Of a stretch of DNA of 64,000 nucleotides, positions 31,205-43,821 are shown in pieces. The notes under the pieces were generated by a model. That model was not told where the DNA came from. It saw only the letters and a program-made list of their open reading frames with translations, and searched no databases. A program made the translations under genes and the position numbers. The stretch is from Dendrobates tinctorius. Taxonomy: Eukaryota. Numbering within the stretch: the first letter of the stretch is position 1; each line of letters opens with the position of its first letter. The stretch spans positions 39,122,001-39,186,000 of the forward strand of contig NW_027361696.1 in assembly GCF_039654945.1 (NCBI RefSeq), in the 5' to 3' direction.

Positions 31205-34200
31205 TATTAGAGAGGATAGATACATGGCTCAGCAGTCAGTATCACACAGGATAGGATTAGATACACAGCTCAGCAGTCAGTATCACACAGGATAGGATTA
31301 GATACACGGCTCAGCAGTCAAGTGTCACACAGGATTGGATTGAATACATGGCTCAGCAGTCAGTATCACACAGGAGAGGAGTAGGTACACGGCTCAGCAG
31401 TCAGTATCACACAGGACAGGATTAGATACACAGCTCAGCAGTCAGTATCACACAGGATAGGAACAGATACACGGCTCAGCAGTCAGTATCACACAGGATA
31501 GGATTAGATACACAGCTCAGCAGTCAGTATCACACAGGACAGGATTAGATACACAGCTCAGCAGTCAGTATCACACAGGATAGGAACAGATACACGGCTC
31601 AGCAGTCAGTATCACACAGGATAGGATTAGATACACAGCTCAGCAGGCAGTATCACACAGGAAAGGATTAGATACACGGCTCAGCAGTCAGTATCACACA
31701 GGATAGGATTAGATACACGGCTCAGCAGTCAGTATCACACAGGAGAGGATTAGATACATGGCTCAGCAGTCAGTATCACACAGGAGAGGATTAGATACAC
31801 GGCTCAGCAGTCAGTATCACACAGGATAGGATTAGATACACGGCTCAGCAGTCAGTATCACACAGGAGAGGATTAGATACACAGCTGAGCAGTCAGTATC
31901 AAACAGGATAGGAACAGATACACGGCTCAGCAGTCAGTATAACACAGGAGAGGATTAGATACATGGCTCAGCAGTCAGTATCACACAGGAGAGGATTACT
32001 CAGCAGTCAGTATCACACAGGATAGGATTAGATACACGGCTCAGCAGTCAGTATCACACAGGAGAGGATTGGATACGGCTCAGCAGTCAGTAACACACAG
32101 GAGAGGATTAGATACATGGCTCAGCAGTCAGTATCACACAGGATAGGATTAGATACATGGCTCAGCAGTCAGTATCACACAGGAGAGGATTAGATACACA
32201 GCTCAGCAGTCAGTATCACACAGGATAGGAACAGATACACGGCTCAGCAGTCAGTATCACACAGGATAGGATTAGATACACAGCTCAGTCAGTATCACAC
32301 AGGATAGGAACAGATACACGGCTCAGCAGTCAGTATCACACAGGATAGGATTAGATACACGGCTCAGCAGTCAGTATCACACAGAAGATTAGATACATGG
32401 CTCAGCAGTCAGTATCACACGAGAGGATTAGATACACAGCTCAGCAGTCAGTATCACACAGGATAGGATTAGATACACGGCTCAGCAGTCAGTATCACAC
32501 AGGAGAGGATTGGATACATGGCTCAGCAGTCAGTAACACAGGAGAGGATTAGATACACGGCACAGCAGTCAGTATCACACAGGATAGGATTAGATACATG
32601 GCTCAGCAGTCAGTATCACACAGGAGAGGATTAGATACACAGCTCAGCAGTCAGTATCAAACAGGATAGGAACAGATACACGGCTCAGCAGTCAGTATCA
32701 CACAGGATAGGATTAGATACACGGCTCAGCAGTCAGTATCACACAGGAGAGGATTAGATACATGGCTCAGCAGTCAGTATCACACAGGAGAGGATTAGAT
32801 ACACAGCTCAGCAGTCAGTATCACACAGGATAGGATTAGATACACAGCTCAGCAGTCAGTATCACACAGGAGAGGATTGGATACACAGCTCAGCAGTCAG
32901 TAACACACAGGAGAGGATTAGATACACGGCTCAGCAGTCAGTATCACACAGGAGAGGATTAGATACATGGCTCAGCAGTCAGTATCACACAGGATAGGAT
33001 TAGATACATGGCTCAGCAGTCAGTATCACACAGGAGAGGATTAGATACACAGCTCAGCAGTCAATATCACACAGGATAGGAACAGATACACGGCTCAGCA
33101 GTCAGTATCACACAGGATAGGATTAGATACACGGCTCAGTCAGTATCACACAGGATAGGAACAGATACACGGCTCAGCAGTCAGTATCACACAGGATAGG
33201 ATTAGATACACGGCTCAGCAGTCAGTATCACACAGGAGAGGATTAGATACATGGCTCAGCAGTCAGTATCACACAGGAGAGGATTAGATACACAGCTCAG
33301 CAGTCAGTATCACACAGGATAGGAACAGATACACGGCTCAGCAGTCAGTATCACACAGGATAGGATTAGATACACGGCTCAGTCAGTATCACACAGGATA
33401 GGAACAGATACACGGCTCAGCAGTCAGTATCACACAGGATAGGATTAGATACACGGCTCAGCAGTCAGTATCACACAGGAGAGGATTAGATACATGGCTC
33501 AGCAGTCAGTATCACACAGGAGAGGATTAGATACACAGCTCAGCAGTCAGTATCACACAGGATAGGATTAGATACACGGCTCAGCAGTCAGTATCACACA
33601 GGAGAGGATTGGATACATGGCTCAGCAGTCAGTAACACAGGAGAGGATTAGATACACGGCACAGCAGTCAGTATCACACAGGATAGGATTAGATACATGG
33701 CTCAGCAGTCAGTATCACACAGGAGAGGATTAGATACACAGCTCAGCAGTCAGTATCAAACAGGATAGGAACAGATACACGGCTCAGCAGTCAGTATCAC
33801 ACAGGATAGGATTAGATACACGGCTCAGCAGTCAGTATCACACAGGAGAGGATTAGATACATGGCTCAGCAGTCAGTATCACACAGGAGAGGATTAGATA
33901 CACAGCTCAGCAGTCAGTATCACAGGATAGGATTAGATACACAGCTCAGCAGTCAGTATCACACAGGAGAGGATTGGATACACGGCTCAGCAGTCAGTAA
34001 CACACAGGAGAGGATTAGATACACGGCTCAGCAGTCAGTATCACACAGGATAGGATTAGATACACGGCTCAGCAGTCAGTATCACACAGGAGAGGATTAG
34101 ATACACGGCTCAGCAGTCAGTATCACACAGGATAGGATTAGAAACACGGCTCAGCAGTCCGTATCAAGCAGGAGAGGATTAGATACATGGCTCAGCAGTC

Positions 34201-36105
34201 AGTATCACACAGGAGAGGATTAGATACACGGCTCAGCAGTCAGTATCACACAGGATAGGAACAGATACACGGCTCAGCAGTCAGTATCACACAGGATAGG
34301 ATTAGATACACGGCTCAGTCAGTATCACACAGGAGAGGATTAGATACATGGCTCAGCAGTCAGTATCACACAGGAGAGGATTAGATACACAGCTCAGCAG
34401 TCAGTATCACACAGGATAGGATTAGATACACGGCTCAGCAGTCAGTATCACACAGGAGAGGATTGGATACATGGCTCAGCAGTCAGTAACACACAGGAGA
34501 GGATTAGATACACAGCTCAGCAGTCAGTATCACACAGGAGAGGATTAGATACACAGCTCAGCAGTCAGTATCACACAGGAGAGGATTAGATACACAGCTC
34601 AGCAGTCAGTATCACACAGGATAGGATTAGATACACGGCTCAGCAGTCAGTATCACACAGGAGAGGATTGGATACACGGCTCAGCAGTCAGTATCACACA
34701 GGATAGGATTAGATACACAGCTCAGCAGTCAGTATCACACAGGAGAGGATTAGATACACAGCTCAGCAGTCAGTATCACACAGGATAGGATTAGATACAC
34801 GGCTCAGCAGTCAGTATCACACAGGAGAGGATTGGATACATGGCTCAGCAGTCAGTAACACACAGGAGAGGATTAGATACACAGCTCAGCAGTCAGTATC
34901 ACACAGGAGAGGATTAGATACACAGCTCAGCAGTCAGTATCACACAGGAGAGGATTAGATACACAGCTCAGCAGTCAGTATCACACAGGATAGGATTAGA
35001 TACACGGCTCAGCAGTCAGTATCACACAGGAGTGGATTGGATACACGGCTCAGCAGTCAGTAACACACAGGAGAGGATTAGAGACACAGCTCAGCAGTCA
35101 GTATCACACAGGATAGGGTTAGATACATGGCTCAGCAGTCAGTATCACACAGGAGAGGATTAGATACACGGCTCAGCAGTCAGTATCACACAGGATAGGA
35201 TTAGATACATGGCTCAGCAGTCAGTATCACACAGGAGAGGATTAGATACATGGCTCAGCAGTCAGTATCACACAGGAGAGGATTAGAGACACGGCTCAGC
35301 AGTCAGTATCACACAGGAGAGGATTAGATACACGGCTCAGTCAGTATCACACAGGATAGGAACAGATACACGGCTCAGCAGTCAGTATCACACAGGATAG
35401 GATTAGATACACGGCTCAGTCAGTATCACACAGGAGAGGATTAGATACATGGCTCAGCAGTCAGTATCACACAGGAGAGGATTAGATACACAGCTCAGCA
35501 GTCAGTATCACACAGGATAGGATTGGATACACGGCTCAGCAGTCAGTATCACACAGGAGAGGATTGGATACATGGCTCAGCAGTCAGTATCACACAGGAG
35601 AGGATTAGATACACGGCTCAGCAGTCAGTATCACACAGGATAGGATTAGATACACAGCTCAGCAGTCAGTATCACACAGGATAGGAATAGATACACGGCT
35701 CAGCAGTCAGTATTACACAGGATAGGATTAGATACACGGCTCAGCAGTCAGTATCACACAGGAGAGGATTAGATACACGGCTCAGCAGTCAGTATCACAC
35801 AAGATAGGATTAGATACACGGCTCAGCAGTCAGTATCACACAGGAGAGGAGATACACGGTTCAGCAGTCAGTATCACACAGGATAGGAATAGATACACAG
35901 CTCAGCAGACAGTATCACACAGGATAGGATTAGATACACAGCTCAGCAGTCAGTATCACACTGGAGAGGATTAGATACACGGCTCAGCAGTCAGTATCAC
36001 ACAGGATAGGATTAGATACACAGCTCAGCACACAGTATCACACAGGATAGGATTAGATACACCGCTCAGCAGACAGTATCACACATGATAGTCTTAGATA
36101 CAGCA
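31205..36105. repeat. 41-bp satellite (ACACAGGATAGGATTAGATACACGGCTCAGCAGTCAGTATC), ~120 copies
   Basis: Direct reading; contiguous units with no spacers. Confidence 0.98.
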
Positions 36106-36454
36106 GCACAGTTTTGCATGTAATAGGCTTAGCTACTGCAGTTTAGCACTGTATGTCACAAGATGGGCTTTTTTCCAGTATTGAGTTATCCTGGTGTAAA
36201 AAGGGGCACAATGGCCAGTCAGAAGGGAAGCGCACCCAGACCCGGAGTTCCCAGATCACCCACTCAACACAATAATCTTCATCCAGGAAACCAAACAAAT
36301 CTTATCACACTTTCAATTTCTTCTTTTTTACAATTTTATTCTATTTTTTTTTACCTTTTTTCTAACGTTCTAATCATTTGGCCCCAAAATTCTTAATTTA
36401 CTGTCAAAACAATACAAAAAAATAATGACAACATAGAAGTAGGAGATAAGGACG

Positions 36455-36593
36455 GAGAGACTCCTGACGCCAGGGATTACTGGCCGGGTGACCTTGTGTA
36501 CGACCTGCCGGCAGGCTGGGCACTTCCCATAAATACGGTTCTGCCCGCTCACCTGCAGAGCGCACAACGCCATCATCTCCGGTCACAGAGACC
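36455..36593 (+). promoter_or_regulatory. Hepcidin copy 1 proximal promoter and 5' UTR
   Basis: TATA-like CATAAATA at 36528-36535; GACGCCAGGGATTA; TGACCT-N6-CGACCT; alignable with the copy 2 promoter. Confidence 0.7.
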
Positions 36594-36671
36594 ATGAAGA
36601 CCCTCGCTGTCTGCGTCATCCTCGTCCTCTCCCTGCTCATCCACCGGGGGCTTGGCGCCTCCATCGTTGGG
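36594..36671 (+). CDS. HAMP: Hepcidin copy 1 exon 1 (signal peptide MKTLAVCVILVLSLLIHRGLGASIVG)
   Basis: ACCATG start; GGG|GTGAGT donor. Confidence 0.93.
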
Positions 36672-39600
36672 GTGAGTCCTTACAAAATCATTTGCTCTAT
36701 TGCTACATTAAATACGTTATTGGAAAATTGCTTAAATACCAATTCCCTGTCAACGTTGTGCAAGACAGCCCCATAATGTGCTCCCCATCATCAGTGTGGA
36801 TGGAGGTAATACCTTTATTCCCTGACAGCAAGCATCATTGTTTACATGCACCCATGCCGATAAGGTCAGGCTGACAGGTGCAGGGCGCGTCACAGCGTGT
36901 AGGAGCTTTGTCGCTATGTGAGCAGGATTAGGCGTGGGCAGATTTTCAGCCTCCGGATGGGTCAGACGACTAATCCTGAGTTATATCTAGAGGATCTGAA
37001 AATGCACTAAATATAACTCGGCGGCCCAGACCCAATGAGAATTTGGATAATTTTTGGACACATTTCTCTTATTATTTGGCTTGTTTTTAGACCTGACGTT
37101 TTCCGCACTGTGATGCATTTTAAGCCAGATCCTTTTCCAACAGAAGACAAACCCTATTCTTTCAAGCTGTCCCCCCGATAGTGTAGATCGCAAAAAAAGT
37201 CTAAAAATTATCAATCTGGAATTGTGGCACACGTTAAAGTGTAAATCTCCCCAATATTTTCAATCAGTGACAGCAAGCAGAGGGTTTTTTGAAAATAAGT
37301 ATGTAAATATTTGAATCTGGTCACACCTGCACTGCAGGCTCAGATTGTGGGACATTTCCTGAAATTATGGCCACCATGACAGAACCCTTCAGCCCACAAG
37401 GTGTCTGTTATGTGACAGATGCAGCACAGATTTAAAAGGGTTGTTCACTACTGGGCTCAATGGCGGTGAATAACCATAATTAATACGCACCATCCGCCGG
37501 TCTCCTGCCATCACCCAGGTCAGGATTTAACGGTAACATTCCCAATAATAATATCTATTTTTATGTGTTATCTGTTCCTGGGAAAGCCTCATTATCACCC
37601 AGCTTTCCAAAAGCCCTGAATGGCAGCTGAGGAGGGATCATGTTACGCCCCTTCAGACCAGACTCAAGGCATAATCCATTGCATCACCTTATTGTGCACT
37701 GTCCCCTTAAGAAGCTCTCATTGTAATGTATCTCATGTTAAACAAAGGCAACAATGTATCATGTTCTCTGCTATTTGTTATTTTGTCTGTTAATTAAAGT
37801 GACAGTCTCCATCAATACCCCTGAGCTTCCGCTCGACTCTTTCCGCTTGTAAACAACATTTCATATTTGTGTATTCCGGGGAATATGTTTCCAGCTGACT
37901 CCGTGTCGGGTTCCTCGGAGAAGCGGAGTAATTACTCCGCAACACACACTGGAAATGTTGTCATTAGCTGCTGGTAATGTGACAAGCGTCTGCTGAGTAT
38001 CGCTGCTCGTCCTGGTGATGCTGAGCGAAAAAGGGAACTACCACACCCAGCATTCATCCGAGCAAGAGGAATTCTCTGTCCAAATTCCTTAAAGGGTATT
38101 TTCAGGTGGTTTAAAGGGGTTTTCAGAAACTTTAAATAGTTACACCCATCTTCATAACAGGGTATTGTTGGACTTTTTGCAATTTACTGCTTATTAAAAT
38201 ATGCAGCCGTTCTTGAGATATTAACACTTTTCCTTTGCTTACAGCTTGTTGCCTAGGAGACCGACCACTGCTGCTCACTGGCATGTAAGCACTGGGGCGA
38301 TGCTGGCCAGGACTAGGAGGTAACAGCGCGCTCCTGAAATCCTGGCCATTGTTAGAAGCTCAAGAGAAAAGAGCAAGGCCGCACTGCGTGTGTTTTACAG
38401 ACTAGCGACGGTGGTCGGTTTCCTAGGCAACAAGCTGTGAATAAAAGTGTTAATATCTCAAGTGCTGCTTGACATTTTAATGAGCAGTAAATTGCCAAAT
38501 TGTTTGTCTGACAATAACATTTTAATATCTTATTATGGGGGGTAATCTGACCTCGGAATCATCACCAATCAACTTGAGGAGCCACTACACACCAGGACAG
38601 GACCTGTAGTGCCTGTAAATGGTACTGCAAGCTCTCTCCTATGCAAGTGACGAAAAAAACGCTTCAAATACAATTTACAGCCACCACAGTTTACAGCACT
38701 GTTGCACTTTCAGAACAATTTCTGGGGATACTTGTCAGGCCCCCAACTTCAGATCTGATATTGATGACCCTTCCCAAGATTACATTTATATATCACATCA
38801 TATCATATATACTTAGATGGATCCGAATGTTTTTTTCCTGATACACAGCTCCAAATCCCCTACTTAGATAGAGTCATGGAGTATATGCTAATATTCTGTA
38901 CCTCGTGCGAGTTTCTCGCATCACACACTGTAGTGTGATCCAGGCCTAAATGACATAGCCTGTATACAGGGAGCTCCCCCTAGTGGTGGCTGCAGACAGG
39001 ATCTTATCATGTATCTCTGTATACAGGGAGCTCCCCCTAGTGGAGGCTGTAGACAGGGTCTTATCATGTATCTCTATACAGGGAGCTCCCCCTAGTGGTG
39101 GCTGCAGACAGGATCTTATCATGCATCTCTGTATACAGGGAGCTCCCCCTAGCGGTGGCTGCAGACAGGATCTTATCATGTATCTCTGTATACAGGGAGC
39201 TCCCCCTAGTGGTGGCTGCAGACAGTATGTTATGTATCTCTGTATACAGGGAGCTCCCCCTAGTGGTGGCTTCAGACAGGATCTTATAATGTATCTCTGT
39301 TTACAAGTAGCTTCCCCTAGTGGTGGCTGCAGAAAGGATCTTATCATGTATCTGTATACAGGGAGCTTCTCTAGTGGTGGCTGCAGACAGAATCTTATCA
39401 TGTATCTCTATACAAGTAGCTCCCTCTATTGGTGGCTGCAGACAGGATCTTATCACGTATCTCTGTATACAGGGAGCTCCCCCTAGTGGTGGCTGCAGAC
39501 AGGATCTTATCATGTATCTCTGTATACAGGGAGCTCCCCCTAGTGGTGACTGCAGACAGGATCTTATCATGTAACCCTGTATACAGGGAGCTCCCCTTAG

Positions 39601-42167
39601 TTGTGTCTGCAGACAGGATCTTATCATGTATCTCTGTATACAGGGAGCTCCCCCTAGTTGTGTCTGCAGACAGGATCTTATCATGTAACTCTGTATACAG
39701 GGAGCTCCCCCTAGTGGTGACTGCAGACAGGATCTTATCATGTATATCTGTAAACAAGTAGCTCACCCTAGTGGTGGCTGCAGACAGGATCTTATCATGT
39801 ATCTCTGTATACAAGTAGCTCCCTCTATTGGTGGCTGCAGACAGGATCTTATCATGTATCCCTGTATACAGGGAGTTCCCCCTAGTGGTGGCTGCAGACA
39901 GGATCTTATAATGTATCTCTGTATACAATTATCTCCCCCTAGTGGTGGCTGCAGAAAGGATCTTATCATGTGTCTGCATACAGGGAGCTCCCCTAGTGGT
40001 GGCTGCAGACAGAATCTTATCATGTATAATAATAATAATAATAATAATCTTTATTTATATAGCGCCAACATATTCCGCAGCGCTTTACAGTTTAACAGTT
40101 TCAAAACACAAGTCATAAGTAACAACGCTAACAATACAATAATTAAAGCAAAATAAGACGAAATAAGACGACGGTGCTCGTGAGAGCTTACAATCTACAA
40201 TGAGGTGAGGGAGATACAGAGTACAGGTGTGTATTTACAATGATGTATTTACAATGAAGGTCCAGCCATCTTGCAGGAGTGAAGGATGGATGGAGATAGT
40301 GAATGGGCTACGCACGCACACTTACACAGAGAATGACTTTGATTAGTGAATGTGATAGGCCGCTCTGAACAGGTGTGTTTTGAGGGAGCGCCTAAAACTA
40401 TGCAAATTGTGGATAGTCCTGATTTCTTGGGGTAGAGCATTCCAGAGGATAGGAGCAGCACGGGAGAAGTCTTGGAGTCGGGAGTGGGAGGTACGGATTA
40501 GTGCAGAGGTTAGTCGAAAGTCGTTTGCAGAGCGCAGCGATCGGCTAGGCCGATAGACAGAAATGAGAGAAGAGATGTAAGGGGGTGACGCACTGTGGAG
40601 AGCTTTGTGGGTGAGAACAAGTACTTTGAATTGGATCCTATAATGAATGGGCAGCCAATGTAAGGACTGGCGAAGAGCGGACGCGTCCGAGTACCGATTA
40701 CCCAGATGGACGATCCTGGCTGCTGCATTGAGTATGGACTGGAGAAGGGATAGTCGAGTGACGGGAGGTCCCTGTATACAGGGAGCTCCCCCTAGTGGTG
40801 GCTGCAGACAGGATCTTATCATGTATCTCTGTACACAGGGAGCTCCCCCTAGTGATGGCTGCAGACAGGATCTTATCATGTATCTTTGCATACAGCTCCC
40901 TCTAGTGGTAGCTGCAGACAGAATCTTATCAGGGCTTCCCACTCACCTTTGGTCCCGGGACCTTGCTTTCTATCATGACTATTTCCTGACAGCTTGAATG
41001 GACTGCTCCTGTGGTAACTTGCCCTATAGCCTACTATCCATACACACATTTATTGTGTTTGGATGCTATTTTATGCTAGACCATTTGCATATTCCTATTA
41101 GTGGTCTATCACTATCCTTGATTGTCGCATTCTTTTCGTTTGGAGCTATTTTGTTATGCCCAATTTTGGATTATTTATTCATATGCTAACAGAAGGTTCA
41201 TTCATTGGAGCGTATTCATGTTTTTATGTGTTTTGGTCATTTTTTCATACATATGTCTGTGTCATGTAGGATCAGATTTATACACCACCTGTTATAAGCA
41301 CGGGACCTTGGGTGATGTGTTATTGTCATTGTGGTTTTTTAATGGTGTTTTATTATGTATGTGTCTTTTTGAGGTCTGGTATTTGAATAAAATTATTGAT
41401 TTATATATATTTTTTTCTTATTTAGGTGTGCGCTACTTTTATGCATTGGTCTTTTCCCTTGCTTTTGTCCAGAATCTTATCATGTGTCTCTGTATACAGG
41501 GAGCACCCCCTAGTGGTGGCTGCAGACAGAATCTTATCATGTATCTCTGTGTACAAGGAGCTCCCCTAGTGGTGGCTGCAGCCCGGATCTTATCATGTAT
41601 CTGTGCATACAGGTAGCTCCCTCTAGTGGTTGCTGCAGGTAGCAAAATTCTATCATATGTCTACTGCAGGGGATTTAGGACTTTTGTATCAGAAAAAGCT
41701 AACTCAGATGGCTAAAGTGATATATAATAAAACGAATCAGCACAAAATTTAGGATCTATTTAGAAGATAATAAATGGAATGATATATGGATAATTCTAAA
41801 ACAGGTAATCATCTGCATTGTCTATATTTACAGCACAATGAAATGGCAGATTCTGCAGAGTATCTCCCCAGCGCACACATGGAGGAGTCACATCTCGAGG
41901 TGAGCGTGTAGATACATTTCTTCTAGTTTATTGTTCAAGAAAAGGAAAGAAAAGGGAAGATTATACGATAGGTGCCAGGTGTGTGCAGAAAAGGAGTCCA
42001 TGTGTAGCCTGGGAAGCTAGATGGTAGCCCAGAGCAGTCATTTCAATGGTTTCTTCTCATTACAGGGGGCTCTTCATAGAACAAAGCGTTATTCCCATCT
42101 CTCTTTCTGCTATTACTGCTGCAAATGCTGCAAGATGGACGGCTGTGGACTCTGCTGCTTGACCTAG
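36594..42167 (+). CDS. HAMP: Hepcidin (copy 1), full gene span; 3 exons, 81-aa prepropeptide
   Basis: Exons 36594-36671, 41834-41899, 42066-42167 (both introns phase 0, GT-AG). Signal peptide, acidic propiece, furin site RTKR, mature YSHLSFCYYCCKCCKMDGCGLCCLT. Position directly downstream of USF2 is the known synteny. Confidence 0.95.
38110..38530. mobile_element. Degenerate palindromic MITE in hepcidin intron 1
   Basis: Inverted arms ~38179-38272 and ~38404-38494; TTAAAGGGG-type left end. Confidence 0.65.
38960..41660. repeat. 57-bp minisatellite (CTGTATACAGGGAGCTCCCCCTAGTGGTGGCTGCAGACAGGATCTTATCATGTATCT), interrupted twice
   Basis: About 25 units in three blocks: 38960-40025, 40770-40931, 41470-41660. 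Confidence 0.95.
40027..40768 (-). mobile_element. 5'-truncated L2-clade LINE (3' end)
   Basis: ORF2 C-terminus (NAAAR...LHWLPI..RIQFK...FSRAAPILWNALP...LKTHLF); 3' tail ...GCGCTATATAAATAAAGATT(ATT)n on the minus strand. Confidence 0.9.
41834..41899 (+). CDS. HAMP: Hepcidin copy 1 exon 2 (HNEMADSAEYLPSAHMEESHLE)
   Basis: TTTACAG acceptor; GAG|GTGAGC donor; homologous to exon 62327-62389. Confidence 0.9.
42066..42167 (+). CDS. HAMP: Hepcidin copy 1 exon 3 (GALHRTKR + 25-aa mature peptide)
   Basis: Hepcidin Cys spacing C-x2-CC-x-CC-x4-C-x2-CC; TAG stop. Confidence 0.97.
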   Translation, partial: GALHRTKRYSHLSFCYYCCKCCKMDGCGLCCLT

Positions 42168-43821
42168 GTCCTCGAAACCCGTGATATTGGAGGATGGCGA
42201 GAGACAAGGTCTGCTGTACCCCAGAAAAGAAGAAACCAACTGACCTCATTTACCTTAAGTTCTGTAATTTCTATGAATATTTGATGGGTAAAAAGACATG
42301 ATGTTAGAAAAACATCAAATTTTATTTTTCAGCGTCAAAAAAACTCTAGGAAGCTGTATGGACCATTTAAAGGGGTCTTAGTGTGTGTTTTGTAGATGGG
42401 ACAATGCTGTACATTTCTTCTTGCTGATTGCAATAATCTGTGTCTTCTGTATGAACAATATTTCCTTCCAGAGTTAAAAAGATAACTGCAAGCGGCAAAA
42501 AAAAAAAAAAAGAAAAAAAGATTGACTATATCATGCATATCAGCCAACACAGAATAGGACCAGAGTGATATTTCGGTGTGGATCCTTAGCCCTTCCTAAT
42601 ACCTCCTCTCCGCCCTCCTCCTTCCCTCCCTGTATTTATATCTGCTGTAATATAAGCTGTTTTTTGATTACTATATTTTTGTACATATTTTTCATTTTTA
42701 TCAAATATTTTTATTGCACTGTAAACCACATTTATTTACTGATTTTTTTTCTTCCAATTAAATGGATTGATTAAGATTACAAGATCATGACTACTCTTAT
42801 TTTTTCCAAAAATAGCACCTCTCCTGTCTATTTGTTGTGTCTGATATTGCAACTCAGCTCTATTCACTTAAGTGGGAGAGAGCTGCAATACCCCATACAA
42901 CCTCAGGGTGGTGCTGTTTCTAGTAGAAGCCAAGTTGTTCTAATCTTTGGCGCCACCTTGTGGCTTCTGAAGGAACTGCCCAGTCACATAAAAGAAATTG
43001 CATTTTGCAAAAATCCACAGTAGAATCATCTTCTCACGTGTTTAATAATGGCTATTAGGCGGAATACTTCTGTATGCAGGACAATATGGATACATTATTT
43101 TCTTATTTCTATGTCAGTATCAGACTTTATTCCAGCAGTAAGGATTTGATCTGATCTCACTCCATATTTGCTCGCATTCACTGTATTAAGTTTATCAATC
43201 TATTCACAGAAAGGTTTTTACATGGGACTGCTGAATAAAGTTGGAACCTAAAGAATAACTGAGTTGTCCATCTTTTTTTAATCATATGATTTAATGTTCC
43301 TATACTTTCATGCCAATACATCTCTACTATCCTATATAATAAGACAACAAAGATAACTATATTCCAGATAATAGAACACTATGATTAATTATCCGGACCT
43401 GCAGGTTAGGTTCTTCAATGTTCCGACATTTCCTAAAGAGATTATTGCTTTATTTTCCATGAAAATATAAAACATTCAGGAAGAATTGTCCTCATCATCA
43501 TACATAGGGGCAGTATCAGTGGTGGCATCACATAAGGACATGACTGGCAGCTGCCTGATACCTGCAGGTGTAGATACAACTCTATATACAAACAGCCGAA
43601 TATACACAAATACTAAGACAATGGTGAAAAGAGCCTGTTATCACCGATATCTTATGTTACCGGGAAGGAAAAGAATCTGTGTCACTTATCGACACTGACA
43701 AACACACAATATAGACTCAGGTGAACAAACAAACAGGACACCAAATCCCCTCCGACACCTGAGACTCTCCTTCATTTGGAAAAAAGATTATCCACTCTCA
43801 ATCAAAAAAGGAAAATACTAA

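Noticed and set aside
31205-36105. CRISPR-like regular repeats (also 44595-45885 and 38960-41660)
   Set aside because: Units are contiguous with no unique spacers, there are no cas genes, and the DNA is vertebrate.
36594-36776. 60-aa single-exon secreted peptide ORF
   Set aside because: Only the first 26 codons are exonic; the rest reads through the GTGAGT donor into hepcidin intron 1.
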